Notes: generated by a model from the letters alone, not told the origin. 64,000 bases of DNA from an uncultured bacterium (GCA_963732385.1 CAVSZB010000007.1:672001-736000), one strand, 5' to 3'. Counted from the stretch's first letter, positions 20,690-31,489 are shown. Program-made: numbers and translations.

Positions 20690-21598
20690 TTACGCCCTGT
20701 CCGACCGCGCGAGCGCGACGCGCATGGCATCCCACGGCACCGGTTCGCCGAACCACCAGGCGAACGCCAGTCCACCCTGCGCGAGCAGGACGGAGCGGCC
20801 GTCCAGGAACGGCACCGGAGACCGCGGCTCAATCGGCAGGGCCGCGCCGTACCGCAGATCCAGCACCAGGGAGGGCACGGCACGCGCCCGCTCGGGCAAC
20901 CGCGCCGCTACCGGGACGCCGGCGGGCAGCGAGACCAGCCAGACCGCTGTTTCGCCGGGACACGGTCCACCCCCGCCGTCGAGCAGATCGACCCCCACCG
21001 CGGCAACGCCCGGCGTACCGCAGCCGTCGAGCCAGCCGCGGAAGCGATGCATCCCCTCCACCGTCCGGGCCCGGGCCACGATCCGACGCGTCCCCCAGGC
21101 GAGCAGCGTCAGCACGGCCGCGCGGGCCGCGCCGCCCGTGCCGAGCACCGTGCCATAGTCGGGCGGCGCCGGCGCGGTCCAGCCCTGCGCCAATGCCGCG
21201 CGCATCCCTCCGAGATCGGTGTTGTGTCCCTGCCACCGCGATCCCGACACCCGCACCGTGTTGACGGCGCCCGCGTGCGCCGCCTCGGGCGTGAGTTCGT
21301 CGCTCAGGCCGGCGGCCTCCTCTTTGAGCGGAGCGGTGACGTTGAACCCGGCGAGACCCGGCGCGTGGTCGGGCTGTTTCAGCGCGGCGAGACCGCCCGC
21401 GGCCACTTCGATCGCACGGTAGTCGTGCGGAAGACCCCGCGCCCGCAGCGCCGCCCCCTGCATCACCGGCGACAGGGAATGGGCGACCGGATCCCCCACC
21501 ACGGCGAAAAAAGGCGCGTCCGGCAACCACGGCGCGCCGTCCCACCACCAGCCGCCGCCCGGCGCCAGCGTGAGCGGGCCCGACCGCTCAGGCGGCAC
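20690..21598 (-). CDS. aroE: Shikimate dehydrogenase (divergent)
   Basis: GDPVAHSLSP, NVTAPLK, AVNT, NTD, GTGGAARA; start uncertain. Confidence 0.85.
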   Translation of the reverse strand: MPPERSGPLTLAPGGGWWWDGAPWLPDAPFFAVVGDPVAHSLSPVMQGAALRARGLPHDYRAIEVAAGGLAALKQPDHAPGLAGFNVTAPLKEEAAGLSDELTPEAAHAGAVNTVRVSGSRWQGHNTDLGGMRAALAQGWTAPAPPDYGTVLGTGGAARAAVLTLLAWGTRRIVARARTVEGMHRFRGWLDGCGTPGVAAVGVDLLDGGGGPCPGETAVWLVSLPAGVPVAARLPERARAVPSLVLDLRYGAALPIEPRSPVPFLDGRSVLLAQGGLAFAWWFGEPVPWDAMRVALARSDRA

Positions 21599-22355
21599 CC
21601 GTGCGCCTCCCCGGGCGAGCCAGCCAGACCAGCAGCGCACCACCAAAGACCGCCAACGTCAGACTGACTCCCTGGTTCACGGTCAGTCCGCCGGCCAGAC
21701 GCGCTTCCTGCTCGTACCAGCGGGCATAGTCCTCGACGTAACGCACCAGCCCATAGAACAGCAGGAACCTGGCGAACGTCGAGCCGACGGGCGCGCGTCG
21801 GCGTTCCCATAGCAGCAGGAGACCGCACACGCCGAACCCACCGAGCGATCCGTACAACTGGCTCGGATGCAGCGCCACATGGCCGAGGACCCGCGCCGGC
21901 ACCGATCCCTCGGGGAAGGTCACGCCCCAGGGCAGGCGGGTCGGCAGGCCGAAGCAGCAGCCGTTCAGGAAACAGCCGATGCGCGTGATGCCGATGCCCA
22001 GCGCCACGGCCGGCGCCATCACGTCGGCCATTTCGAGGAAGACGACGCCACGCCGGCGGGCGAGCCACCAGACCGTGGCCGTGGCCAACACGATGCCACC
22101 GTACAGCGTCAGTCCCCCCTCCCAGATGTAGAACGCCCGGTACCAGGGGTGGAAATCGCCGGTGTGGGTCAGGACGAACAGCAACCGCACGCCGACCAGC
22201 GACGACACGAGCACCGCGAAGCAGAAATCCATCACCGTGTCGTCGGCAAGGCCCCGCGCGCGACCGCGACGCAGACAGAGCAGGATTCCCAGCAGGAAAC
22301 TGAGCGACAGGGTGAGCCCGTAGCTCTTCAGAAAACCGAAAATGACGGGATGCAC
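21588..22355 (-). CDS. lgt: Prolipoprotein diacylglyceryl transferase
   Basis: SYGL, WEGGLTLYGG, RIGCFLNGCCFG, HPSQLY. Confidence 0.92.
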   Translation of the reverse strand: MHPVIFGFLKSYGLTLSLSFLLGILLCLRRGRARGLADDTVMDFCFAVLVSSLVGVRLLFVLTHTGDFHPWYRAFYIWEGGLTLYGGIVLATATVWWLARRRGVVFLEMADVMAPAVALGIGITRIGCFLNGCCFGLPTRLPWGVTFPEGSVPARVLGHVALHPSQLYGSLGGFGVCGLLLLWERRRAPVGSTFARFLLFYGLVRYVEDYARWYEQEARLAGGLTVNQGVSLTLAVFGGALLVWLARPGRRTGAA

Positions 22356-22364
22356 GGCTCCTCC

Positions 22365-23639
22365 TCAGGCATCGTAGTCCCGGGCGCCGACATTCAGCAG
22401 CAGGCCGGTCAAAAACGCACTGGTCAAAAGGTTCGAGCCACCATAGCTGAGCAGCGGGAGGGGCACTCCCGTCACCGGCATCAGGCCGCTCGTGATGGAC
22501 ACGTTCACCACCACATGGAAAAAGAAATAGGCGGTGGCGCCGATCGCAACGAACGAGGCGAAAGGACGGCGCGCCTCGGCCGCCACGGCGAGACCGCGCA
22601 GGATCAGGATCAGGAACAGCAGCAGCAACACGCTCGCGCCGAGCAGGCCGAGTTCCTCCCCTACGACCGAGAAGATGAAGTCCGTCTGCCGTTCCGGGAG
22701 AAAGGCGAGCCCCTTCTGCGTCCCGCGAAGATAGTGGGTGCCGAACAACCCGCCGGCGCCGATCGCCACCTTCGACTGGAACACCTGGTACCCCGCTCCC
22801 ATGGTGTCGCGGCTGGGATCGAAGAAGGTCAGCACGCGGTTCTGCTGGTACGGTTCGAGCAGGCCCCAGATCAAGGGGATGCCCAGACCGGTTACAATAT
22901 TGCCCACGAGCAGCACCGCACTCTCGCCGAGTCTGAACCGCCCCAGGAACAGCACCCCCAGCAGCAGCAGCAGGTAGATGCCCCACGGCCAGGCCTGATG
23001 CACCACCGACTCGGAATAGAAGCTGATCACCGCGCTCAACACCGGCGAGCCGACCGCCAGCAGGAAGACCCACGAAACGCCGTACCACGTGAGCATCGCC
23101 AGCCAGAGCGCGGGAAAGACCAGCGCGGTTCCCAGATCGGGCTCCTTGAGAACGAGCAGGAAAGGCAGCCCCACCAGCACACCGGTCTGCGCGACCATCA
23201 TCGGGGAGTGCCGCTCCGGCGACTGCCGGGTCATGACGCGGGCCAGCAGCAGGATGAGGCAGACCTTCGCGAACTCAGCCGGTTGCAGGCTGAACGGGCC
23301 CAGGGGGAACCAGCGCCGGGCCCCCATGACGACCGGGGCCACGGCCAGCACCGTGATCAGCATCACGATCGACGCGCCATAGAACAGCGGCGACAACTCC
23401 TCGAGATGACGCAGCGGCAGACGCGCCGCAAACAGCAGCATGAACCAGGCGATCCCCATCCAGATCATCTGACGCCAGAAGATCGACTTCGGCACGCCCG
23501 GGTCGAAACTCTCGTAGGGACCGCGGATGGATTCGGTCACGCTCCACAGCATGGCCAGGCCGTAGAGACAGAGACCGGCGTAGGCCAGGAGCAGACGGCG
23601 GTCGCCCTTTGGCAGGAGCATCGCCAGCCGTGTCTTCAT
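22365..23639 (-). CDS. rodA: Rod shape-determining SEDS protein RodA
   Basis: GARRW, QPAEFAK, EPDLGT, GYQ...SKVAIG, PERQTDFIF, PLLSYGGS. Confidence 0.95.
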   Translation of the reverse strand: MKTRLAMLLPKGDRRLLLAYAGLCLYGLAMLWSVTESIRGPYESFDPGVPKSIFWRQMIWMGIAWFMLLFAARLPLRHLEELSPLFYGASIVMLITVLAVAPVVMGARRWFPLGPFSLQPAEFAKVCLILLLARVMTRQSPERHSPMMVAQTGVLVGLPFLLVLKEPDLGTALVFPALWLAMLTWYGVSWVFLLAVGSPVLSAVISFYSESVVHQAWPWGIYLLLLLGVLFLGRFRLGESAVLLVGNIVTGLGIPLIWGLLEPYQQNRVLTFFDPSRDTMGAGYQVFQSKVAIGAGGLFGTHYLRGTQKGLAFLPERQTDFIFSVVGEELGLLGASVLLLLFLILILRGLAVAAEARRPFASFVAIGATAYFFFHVVVNVSITSGLMPVTGVPLPLLSYGGSNLLTSAFLTGLLLNVGARDYDA

Positions 23640-25453
23640 GGCCCGCCTCCCGCCGACCGAGCCGGCGCCGCGGGCTTGCCCGCCGCAACCGGATTCGCAG
23701 CCGAGTCGGCAGCCGCCCGGCCCGCGAAATAGGCCTTCAGCCAGCGCGCCGTCACCGGGGCCGCCACCGATCCGCCGTGACCGCCGTGCTCGATGATCAC
23801 CGCCAGCGCCACTTCGGGCGCCTCCACCGGCGCGTAGCAGACGAACCAGGCATGATCGCCGCCCTGCGAATTCTGGGCGGTTCCGGTCTTGCCGCCCACC
23901 CGGTACCCCTCCACGCGCCCCGCAGTGCCGGTGCCCTCCTCCACCACACGGGCCATCGCGCCCCGCACCCAGGCCAGATGTTCCTCGGCGAACGGCAACG
24001 GCTCGATCCTCCCGCGCGGCTCGCCGACCAGGAAATGCGGCCGGTCCACCCGGCCAGAACTGGCCACGGTGGCGGTCAACATGGCCATCTGCAGCGGCGT
24101 GACCGCGACCTCGCCCTGACCAATGGCGTTGTTGAGCATCACGGCGCGCGTCCAGCCCCGCTTCCCGAAGCGTTTGTCGTACCACGCCGACGACGGGATA
24201 AGCCCGCCGGATTCGTTGCGGAAAGGAACCCCCGTGGGCCGGCCGAGGTGCAGAGCCAGCGCGGCCCGCTGCATCTGGTCGATGTTGAGGTGCAGACCGA
24301 GTTGATAGTAGAACGTGTCGCACGACTTGACGAGCGCCAGCTCGTGGTCGAGCGACCCGTGCCCCTCCTTCTTCCAGCAGCGGAAGAAGCGGCTGCCGAA
24401 CTGATAGCCGCCACCACACGCCTGGAACGTGCCGTGGGGATCCACCACGCCGTTGAACAGGCCGCAGAGCGAGGTCACGATCTTGTAGGGGGAGCCGGGC
24501 GGATAGGTCGCCTGCATGATCCGGTTGAAGAGAGGTCGATCGGGATCGTCGCGCAGCCGCCGCCAATCGTCCACTCCGATGCCGCCCACGAAGAGGTTCG
24601 GATCGTAGGAGGGGGAGCTGTACGCCGCCAGCACCTCGCCCGACGGCACCGCCATCGCCACCGCGCTGCCCGGCCTTCCCGCCATGGCGGCCGCCAGAGT
24701 CTCCTGAAGGGCCAGGGAGAGGGAAAGGCGCAGGTCCTCGCCCGCGGTCACCTGCTCCAGCCAGACGGCGGCGCGGCCGACCACCCGTCCGGCCGCGTTG
24801 ACCTCCTCGATGCGCGTGCCGGCCCGGCCCCGCAGACGCGTCTCCAGCCCCGCTTCGAGGCCCGACTTGCCCACCAGATCGCCCGGCGCATAGACCCCCA
24901 CCGGCCACGCCGAGTCCATCTCGGCCTGGGTCACCTCCGACACGTAGCCGGTCACGTGGGCCAGCATCGGTCCGTACAGGTAACGTCGCCGGGAGCGCGC
25001 CTCCACCCTGGCTCCGGGCAGCTGCGTCCGCCGCTCCTCGACCGCGGCGATCTGACGCATGGTGGCGCCCGACACGACGGTCAGACGCTCCTGGCCCCGC
25101 TGGAAATCGCGCTGCATCCGCGCCAGCGTCTCCGCGCGTGGCAGCTCCAGCCAGGTGATCAGGCGATCGAGGGTGCTGTCCGGAGCGACCTTCCCCTTCC
25201 GCCGCAGCGACCCCGGCCCCACCGTGATGTCCGCCACGTAGACATTATCGGCCAGCACGCGGCCGTCACGATCGAGCAGACGACCCCGTGGCGGGCGCAC
25301 CCGCGTGCGCACCTCGCGATTCTCCACGGAACGGGCCTTCAGTTCGTTGTGGCGCACGACCTGCAGGATGAAGAGGTTCGTAAAGAGGACCCCGAACAAC
25401 GCCACGACCGCGATCCGAAACACGTTCGCGCGCTGGGGGCGGTCGGCGAACAC
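23636..25453 (-). CDS. mrdA: Penicillin-binding protein 2
   Basis: PPRGRLLDRDG, YPPGSPYK (SxxK), SCD, KTGTAQ. Confidence 0.95.
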   Translation of the reverse strand: MFADRPQRANVFRIAVVALFGVLFTNLFILQVVRHNELKARSVENREVRTRVRPPRGRLLDRDGRVLADNVYVADITVGPGSLRRKGKVAPDSTLDRLITWLELPRAETLARMQRDFQRGQERLTVVSGATMRQIAAVEERRTQLPGARVEARSRRRYLYGPMLAHVTGYVSEVTQAEMDSAWPVGVYAPGDLVGKSGLEAGLETRLRGRAGTRIEEVNAAGRVVGRAAVWLEQVTAGEDLRLSLSLALQETLAAAMAGRPGSAVAMAVPSGEVLAAYSSPSYDPNLFVGGIGVDDWRRLRDDPDRPLFNRIMQATYPPGSPYKIVTSLCGLFNGVVDPHGTFQACGGGYQFGSRFFRCWKKEGHGSLDHELALVKSCDTFYYQLGLHLNIDQMQRAALALHLGRPTGVPFRNESGGLIPSSAWYDKRFGKRGWTRAVMLNNAIGQGEVAVTPLQMAMLTATVASSGRVDRPHFLVGEPRGRIEPLPFAEEHLAWVRGAMARVVEEGTGTAGRVEGYRVGGKTGTAQNSQGGDHAWFVCYAPVEAPEVALAVIIEHGGHGGSVAAPVTARWLKAYFAGRAAADSAANPVAAGKPAAPARSAGGGP

Positions 25454-25460
25454 GGCGCAC

Positions 25461-25952
25461 TCACTCTTCCGGGTCGAGGATCCGCAGGCAGGCGGCCAGG
25501 CGCAGCAGCGGCACGCCGAGCAGCCCCGTGAACAGCGCCCCGGGCAGCGCCTGCAGCAGGAACGGGCGCAGGAACGACCCCAGGCCGAAACCACTCTCCC
25601 CGGCCAGATAGATCGTCTGATGCACCAGCGAAGCGAGCGCCACGAGGGCCCCCTCCGCCATCGGGTGGCCGTAGAGCAGCATGCCACGCAACCGCCCACA
25701 ACCGTAGCCGACGATCGTCTGCGCCAGCGCGTGCAACCCGAGCAGTTGCGGGCAGGCCAGGTCCTGGACCAGGCCCAGGACAAGCCCCCCGACCGTCGCC
25801 ATGAAGGCGCCCCGCGCCAGGGCCAGGACAACGATGGCGATCACGGCGAAATCGGGCGTGACGCCTCCGATGCTCAACAACGGCGCGAGCCCGACTTCGC
25901 CGACGAAGGCCACCGCCAGAACGAACAGCAGGGTGCGGCTGGATGAACTCAT
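25461..25952 (-). CDS. mreD: Rod shape-determining protein MreD
   Basis: Hydrophobic protein with PDF and GLVQD motifs; lies between mreC and mrdA. Confidence 0.9.
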   Translation of the reverse strand: MSSSSRTLLFVLAVAFVGEVGLAPLLSIGGVTPDFAVIAIVVLALARGAFMATVGGLVLGLVQDLACPQLLGLHALAQTIVGYGCGRLRGMLLYGHPMAEGALVALASLVHQTIYLAGESGFGLGSFLRPFLLQALPGALFTGLLGVPLLRLAACLRILDPEE

Positions 25953-26947
25953 CGCCCGCCCCCTCCGGGTGGGGGAAGCGACGCTTCGGCCGGGATCTGG
26001 AAAATGGCGCCCCGCCGCTCGACGCGCGCGCTGTCGGGCCGTGCCGGGCCGGCGCTGTCCGCCGGCGCCACGCCGCCCGCCACCGTATCCGCGTCGGCAA
26101 CCGGAAGGGCCGGCAGGTACCATTCTCCCGGCACCGTGACCACGAAAACCACGTCATTGCGCCGCAGCGAGGCGAGGGGCGAAACCCGGATCGTCTTGAA
26201 CAACTGGTCGGCAGGCGCGGAGACCTCGCGCACCTTTCCCACCGGCAGTCCGCGCGGAAAACTCGCCTCGGGGCGCGTGCCGCCGCCCGACTCATGCAGT
26301 TCGGCGATGCCGGAGGTCAGGATGCGATCGCCCGGCACCACATCCTCGTCACGGCCCACCATGTCCAGCACGAAGTCCCCGTCGCGGGGGCGCAGGATAC
26401 CGAGCACCCCGTTGCGCTCGATCTCGCAGCCGAGCGCCAGGTCAGGGGAGGTCAGGAGTTCCACCCATGCCTCGTACGATCCGGACGGCTGCTTCACGCG
26501 GCCGAGCAGTCCGGCCGGGGTGATCACCGGCTGGGACAGTCGCCAAAGCACCGGTTGTGCGCTGCGGATCCTGATCAGACTGGGCAGGCGCCCGGAACGA
26601 CGCGCCACCACTTCGCACGGCTGCAGAGAGCCGACGCAGGCCGCGCGCAGGCCGGCGGCTTCGCCGAGTCGCCCGACGTCGCGCCGCAGGCGCGCCAGCC
26701 CGCTGCGCTCCAGTTCAAGCGCGGCGACCTCCGCGCGCAGCGCCGCATTCTGCCGCTTCACCCGCCCCACATCCTCGATGAAATCCCGCAGCCGGAAGAA
26801 TGGGTCGGTGGTCACCGCGCCGAGCGAGTCCGCCACGCGCAGTTGAGCGGAATCGGGCAGCAGCAGCAGGCCCGCGCAGATGGCGATACAGATCCCGAAG
26901 GCGGCCTTCTCCGCCCGACGCGAGAGATGGAAGCCGCGTGAAGGCAT
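25949..26947 (-). CDS. mreC: Rod shape-determining protein MreC
   Basis: TM helix and coiled coil, GLLGRV, GDRILTSG, FPRGLPVGKV. Confidence 0.9.
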   Translation of the reverse strand: MPSRGFHLSRRAEKAAFGICIAICAGLLLLPDSAQLRVADSLGAVTTDPFFRLRDFIEDVGRVKRQNAALRAEVAALELERSGLARLRRDVGRLGEAAGLRAACVGSLQPCEVVARRSGRLPSLIRIRSAQPVLWRLSQPVITPAGLLGRVKQPSGSYEAWVELLTSPDLALGCEIERNGVLGILRPRDGDFVLDMVGRDEDVVPGDRILTSGIAELHESGGGTRPEASFPRGLPVGKVREVSAPADQLFKTIRVSPLASLRRNDVVFVVTVPGEWYLPALPVADADTVAGGVAPADSAGPARPDSARVERRGAIFQIPAEASLPPPGGGGR

Positions 26948-26954
26948 GATGTGA

Positions 26955-27989
26955 TCAGTCCCGGGCGCCGCGCATGATCACCGGGCGGTAGCGCTCGAAG
27001 TCGTCGAGGATCTTCCCGGTACCGAGCACCACGCAGAATAGCGGATCGTCCATCACGTTGATGGGCAGATCGGTCTGCTCCCGCAACAGTTCAGGCAGGC
27101 CGCGCAGCAGCGCACCGCCGCCGGTCATGACAATACCGCGGTCCTTGATGTCGGCCGCCAGTTCAGGGGGCGTCTGTTCGAGCGCATGCTTGAGCGCATC
27201 GCAGATGGCCTGGATCGGTTCCTGCAGCGCCTCGCGTATCTCGACGGTGGAGATCTTCATCATCTTGGGCATGCCCGACACCTGGTCGAGTCCCTTGATC
27301 TCCATGTCCTCTTCCTTGTCGAGCTTGTAGGCGGTGCCGATCTTCTTCTTGATGCCCTCCGCCGTCTGGTCGCCGATCAGCATGTTGTGGTTCTTCTTGA
27401 TGTAGGTGACGATCGCCTCGTCCATCTCGTCGCCGCCGACCCGGATCGAGGTATCGCAAACGATCCCGTTGAGCGCGATGACCGCGATTTCGGTCGTGCC
27501 GCCGCCGATGTCGATGATCATGTTGCCGCTCGGCTGATCGACCGGCAGCCCTACGCCGATCGCCGCCGCGATCGGCTCCGCCACGAGGAACACTTCACGC
27601 GCGCCGGCGTGCTTGGCCGAATCGCGCACCGCGCGCTTCTCCACTTCGGTGATACCCGACGGCACACAGATCACGATGCGCGGCGCCACGAAATGCCGCT
27701 TCTTCTGCGCGAGCCGGATGAACTCGCGCAGCATGTACTCGGTGACCTCGAAATCGGCGATCACGCCGTCCTTCAGGGGCCGGATGGCCGAGATGCTCTC
27801 GGGCGTCTTGCCGATCATGGCTTTCGCCTCGGTGCCCACGGCGTAGACCTTGCCGGTTCCCTTGTGGATGGCCACGACCGAAGGCTGGTTCAGCACGATG
27901 CCCTTGCCCTTGATATAGACCAGGGTATTGGCGGTGCCGAGATCGATCGCCACGTCGTTGGCCAGCAGTCCCGAGAATGCCTTGAACAT
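26955..27989 (-). CDS. mreB: Rod shape-determining protein MreB
   Basis: IDLGTANTL, RPLKDGVIADF, DIGGGTTE, TGGGALL. Confidence 0.98.
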   Translation of the reverse strand: MFKAFSGLLANDVAIDLGTANTLVYIKGKGIVLNQPSVVAIHKGTGKVYAVGTEAKAMIGKTPESISAIRPLKDGVIADFEVTEYMLREFIRLAQKKRHFVAPRIVICVPSGITEVEKRAVRDSAKHAGAREVFLVAEPIAAAIGVGLPVDQPSGNMIIDIGGGTTEIAVIALNGIVCDTSIRVGGDEMDEAIVTYIKKNHNMLIGDQTAEGIKKKIGTAYKLDKEEDMEIKGLDQVSGMPKMMKISTVEIREALQEPIQAICDALKHALEQTPPELAADIKDRGIVMTGGGALLRGLPELLREQTDLPINVMDDPLFCVVLGTGKILDDFERYRPVIMRGARD

Positions 27990-27993
27990 AATG

Positions 27994-28737
27994 TCACCCT
28001 TCAGAGTCCGGACAGGGATCCCCGCCCGCTTGCCAATCAGGTCCGGGCCAGCCGTGCTCCCTGAGACTCGTGAACTCTCCCCGACCGACCACGATATGGT
28101 CGAGCAACTCGATGCCCAGCAACCGTCCGCAGCGCGCGAGGCGGCCGGTCAGTCCGATATCGTCCCCGCTCGGTCGCGCGCACCCGGACGGGTGATTGTG
28201 CGCCGCGATCACCGCCGCCGCGCCCAGGGCCACCGCGCCGCGGAACAGTTCCCGCGGATGCACCAGCGACGCGTCGAGGCAACCGACCGAAACCGTTTCC
28301 ACGGCCAGGACCCGATGGCGCGCGTCCAGCAACACCGCCAGGAAGTGCTCCCGGTCACAGCCGCGGAATTCCTCCTCCAGCACCGGCAGCAGGTCCTGGG
28401 GACGCGTCACCACGAGTCCGCGTACGCGACCCGGCGCGGACGCCCGCGCGCCCAGTTCAAAGGCGGCCGCGAGTCGTCCCGCCCGCCCGGGGCCACACCC
28501 CGGTTCGCGCAACAGAACCGCCGTCCGCAGGCCGCACAGCGCCGAGAGAGAGTCGTGGCGACCGAGCAGACTGGCCGCCAGCACCGGAGCCGGTACCGGC
28601 CCGCCCGGACCGAGCACCAGCGCCAGCAACTCCGCCGGCGAGAGCGACTTGGCGCCGCCGCGCAACAAACGCTCGACGGCCGAACCGGCCGCCGGCACCC
28701 GAGACGCGCCGCCGGCAGGGGCCGCCCCCCCCTGCAA
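27994..28737 (-). CDS. radC: RadC (JAB/MPN domain) family protein
   Basis: ERLL...LSPAELLAL, REHF, VHPRELF, AHNHPSG...PSGDD, LLDHIVV; start uncertain (TTG). Confidence 0.9.
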   Translation of the reverse strand: MQGGAAPAGGASRVPAAGSAVERLLRGGAKSLSPAELLALVLGPGGPVPAPVLAASLLGRHDSLSALCGLRTAVLLREPGCGPGRAGRLAAAFELGARASAPGRVRGLVVTRPQDLLPVLEEEFRGCDREHFLAVLLDARHRVLAVETVSVGCLDASLVHPRELFRGAVALGAAAVIAAHNHPSGCARPSGDDIGLTGRLARCGRLLGIELLDHIVVGRGEFTSLREHGWPGPDWQAGGDPCPDSEG

Positions 28738-28789
28738 TATGCGTATCTCTTTGTTTTCCAGCGTACTACAGTTGTATGGAAGCGCGAGC

Positions 28790-28881
28790 AAGTTAGCAGC
28801 CCCCCCTTGACCGGGCAACCTTTTTCTCCGCCACGGCCGCTCCGCTTTCCGCTTGCCGGGCCGCGGGAGCGTTCCTATTCT
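28790..28881. promoter_or_regulatory. Back-to-back sigma70 promoters for the radC-mre operon (-) and aspartokinase (+)
   Basis: Minus strand TTGCCC-N17-TAACTT (28818-28790); plus strand TTGCCG-N17-TATTCT (28853-28881). Confidence 0.55.
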
Positions 28882-28912
28882 TCGCCCCGGCTGCACCCTG
28901 GAGGACCGCCCC

Positions 28913-30181
28913 GTGAATGCACCGTTTCCCCCGCCCGATCGCGGCGTCATCGTACGCAAATACGGCGGCTCCTCGCTCGCCTCGATCGATCGCCTGCGGG
29001 CGGTGGCGCGGGATCTGGTGGCCCAGCGGGCCGAAGGCTACGGACTGGTCGTGGTCGTCAGCGCGATGGGACGCTCCACCGACGAGCTGCTCCACCTCGC
29101 GTACCAGGCCAATCCGGAGCCGCCGCGTCGGGAGCTCGATATGCTGCTCTCGGTGGGCGAGCGGATCACGATGTCGCTCCTGTCCATGGCGCTCGACGCG
29201 GAACACTGCCCCGCGATCTCCTTCACCGGCAGCCAGGTCGGCATCATCACCGACACCAGCCACACCGACGCGCGCATCGTCGAGGTGCGCGCCGACCGGG
29301 TGCGGCGCTCGCTCGCCGAGGGGCGCGTGGTCGTCGTGGCCGGGTTCCAGGGGGTGAGCGTGGACCGCGAGATCACCACGCTCGGCCGCGGCGGCAGCGA
29401 CACGACCGCCGTGGCGCTGGCCGCGGCGCTCGGCGCGCTGCGCTGCGAGATCCTCAAGGACGTCGACGGCGTATTCACCGCCGACCCCCGCAAGGTTCCC
29501 GACGCCCGACGTCACGCCACGCTCACCTACGAGGAGATGGAACAGGTGGCCGCGACAGGATGCGGCGTCATCCACGCCCGCGCGGTCGAGTACGCACGGC
29601 GCCACGGCGTGCCGCTGCTGGTCGGCTCGAGCTTCGTTTCCGGACCCGGCACGCGGGTCGGACCGCCCGCCTCTCCACCTTCTCCGAACGTCGCCGCAGC
29701 GCCGGCCCGCGGGGATGACGCCGCCTGGCGCCCACTCACCATCAACGTGCGCGAGGATGCGGCGCTGCTCGCGCTGGCCGGCGATCCGGCCGACGGCGGC
29801 GCCTCCTGGGCCAGTCTGGTGGCGGAGGCGACCGGCCGTGAAGTGATCCTGGCGGAGTGGCTGGAGCAGAGCGCGGAGCAGTGGCGCTGGGAAGCGATCG
29901 GCGAACCTACCGGCCTCGCGAAAATCCATGCCGTGCTGGCCGCGGCGGCGCGCGAGGGAGGACGGCTTCGCTTCCGGCGCGGTCTGGCCTGTCTGAGCCT
30001 GGCGGGGCCGCCGGGAGACGGCTGGACCGCCGCCCGCGCCGCGCTCGCGCCGCTGCTGGCCGCCTGCGAAATTGTCGACTGGGAAATCCGCACCGACGGC
30101 GGCGTGCTCAGACTGCTGGTGCCGGCGGCGGCGTTGCCGCGTTTGCTCGCCCCGCTGCACGCCGCACTCCTGACTGCCTGA
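28913..30181 (+). CDS. Aspartate kinase with a highly divergent C-terminal region
   Basis: [48 protein letters not shown]. Confidence 0.88.
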   Translation: MNAPFPPPDRGVIVRKYGGSSLASIDRLRAVARDLVAQRAEGYGLVVVVSAMGRSTDELLHLAYQANPEPPRRELDMLLSVGERITMSLLSMALDAEHCPAISFTGSQVGIITDTSHTDARIVEVRADRVRRSLAEGRVVVVAGFQGVSVDREITTLGRGGSDTTAVALAAALGALRCEILKDVDGVFTADPRKVPDARRHATLTYEEMEQVAATGCGVIHARAVEYARRHGVPLLVGSSFVSGPGTRVGPPASPPSPNVAAAPARGDDAAWRPLTINVREDAALLALAGDPADGGASWASLVAEATGREVILAEWLEQSAEQWRWEAIGEPTGLAKIHAVLAAAAREGGRLRFRRGLACLSLAGPPGDGWTAARAALAPLLAACEIVDWEIRTDGGVLRLLVPAAALPRLLAPLHAALLTA

Positions 30182-31379
30182 CCTCGCTTTCCAGAAATTC
30201 CCGCCACGTCCCGGCCGGGAACTCTCTCCGGGCGATCTCCTGCCAGTCGGCCGCCTCCGCCGGATCTCCGAGTCGTCCGCGCAGCAGAACGATCGCACGG
30301 GCCAGGGAAAACTCCGCGCGACGGTCGCGACGGTGATAGCGGTAAAGGTCAAGAAAGGCCTCCACGGCGCCGCGATAGTCCCCCTGCTTCTCGAGCAGAA
30401 ACGCCGCGCGGGTCAGATCGTCGGCCGGGAGCACGAGCGCCGCATCGCCGCGCCGGGCCTCGCGATAGATTTCGAGGGCGAGGTCGTTCCGCCCCTCCCG
30501 CACCGCCACGGCGTACGCCTGGCGATATGCCTCGCGTGCATCCCCCGTTCGTCCGGTCATGCGGCGCGCCCGCGCCAGCGGCAACAGCGCCTCGAGATCG
30601 TCCGGAGTCGTGCGCAGCCGGTCGAGCAGTTCCCCTTCGGCGGCCCACGCCTGACCCTGATTGAGGAACCTCCGGGCCCTCGCCAGCTTCCGCGCCCCCT
30701 GCGCCTCGTGGTGCCAGCCGAGCGCCAGAGCAAGGAACAGACCGAGGGCGAAGCCGCCGAAGTGCGCTCCGAAGGCGATGCGCGATCCCGACTCGCGGGC
30801 GACCATTCCCTGCACGATCTGCAGGGACAGCCACACGGCGGCCGCCAGGGTGACCGGCACGTACGTTCGTCCCACCCGGTTGACACCCTGCAGGGGAGCG
30901 AAGATCCACCAGGCGACAGCAACGCGGGCGTAGTAGAAACGCACCAGGGCGATCGCCATCAGGCCGGCCAGGGCGCCCGAGGCACCCAGGACCCCGGCGG
31001 GGCCCGGCGTCCAGCCGGCCGCCACGGTCACCCCGTGCGCCACGTTGCCCCACGCGCCGAGCATCAGGAAGTAGAGCAGAAATCGCCTATGGCCCAGACG
31101 GTCCTCGATCGGCGGCCCGAACGCCGCGAGATAAACCAGATTGCCCAGCAGGTGCAGCCACCCTCCGTGCAGGAAAATGGCCGTCACGGCGGCCCACGGC
31201 GCGGTCGAACCGGCGAGATAGATCAGGCGGGTCGGCGCCACCGGCAGCAGCCCGGGGAACCACTTCTGCCAGGCGAACACGACGGCCATCGTAGCGATCA
31301 AGCCGATCGTCACGCCTGGGTGACGCTCCCGCGGCTGGTCAAAGCCGACGGGGTAGTAATAGAGGAAATACACGCGCAC
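30108..31379 (-). CDS. Rhomboid intramembrane serine protease with C-terminal TPR-like repeats
   Basis: [21 protein letters not shown]; helical TPR-like tail. Confidence 0.88.
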   Translation of the reverse strand: MRVYFLYYYPVGFDQPRERHPGVTIGLIATMAVVFAWQKWFPGLLPVAPTRLIYLAGSTAPWAAVTAIFLHGGWLHLLGNLVYLAAFGPPIEDRLGHRRFLLYFLMLGAWGNVAHGVTVAAGWTPGPAGVLGASGALAGLMAIALVRFYYARVAVAWWIFAPLQGVNRVGRTYVPVTLAAAVWLSLQIVQGMVARESGSRIAFGAHFGGFALGLFLALALGWHHEAQGARKLARARRFLNQGQAWAAEGELLDRLRTTPDDLEALLPLARARRMTGRTGDAREAYRQAYAVAVREGRNDLALEIYREARRGDAALVLPADDLTRAAFLLEKQGDYRGAVEAFLDLYRYHRRDRRAEFSLARAIVLLRGRLGDPAEAADWQEIARREFPAGTWREFLESEVRQSGVRRAAGRANAATPPPAPAV

Positions 31380-31489
31380 CCCTGGCCCCGCGCGATGCGG
31401 GTCCGGTCGGCGGACACAATACCATGACCTGTAGCGATTTTCGGCAGGACCGGGCCGATCTTGAGGACTGCAGGGGCGGTGATCCGCCC

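Noticed and set aside
27994..28737. radC as a marker of a mobile or defence element
   Set aside because: It is a full-length chromosomal type in the known radC-mreBCD arrangement.
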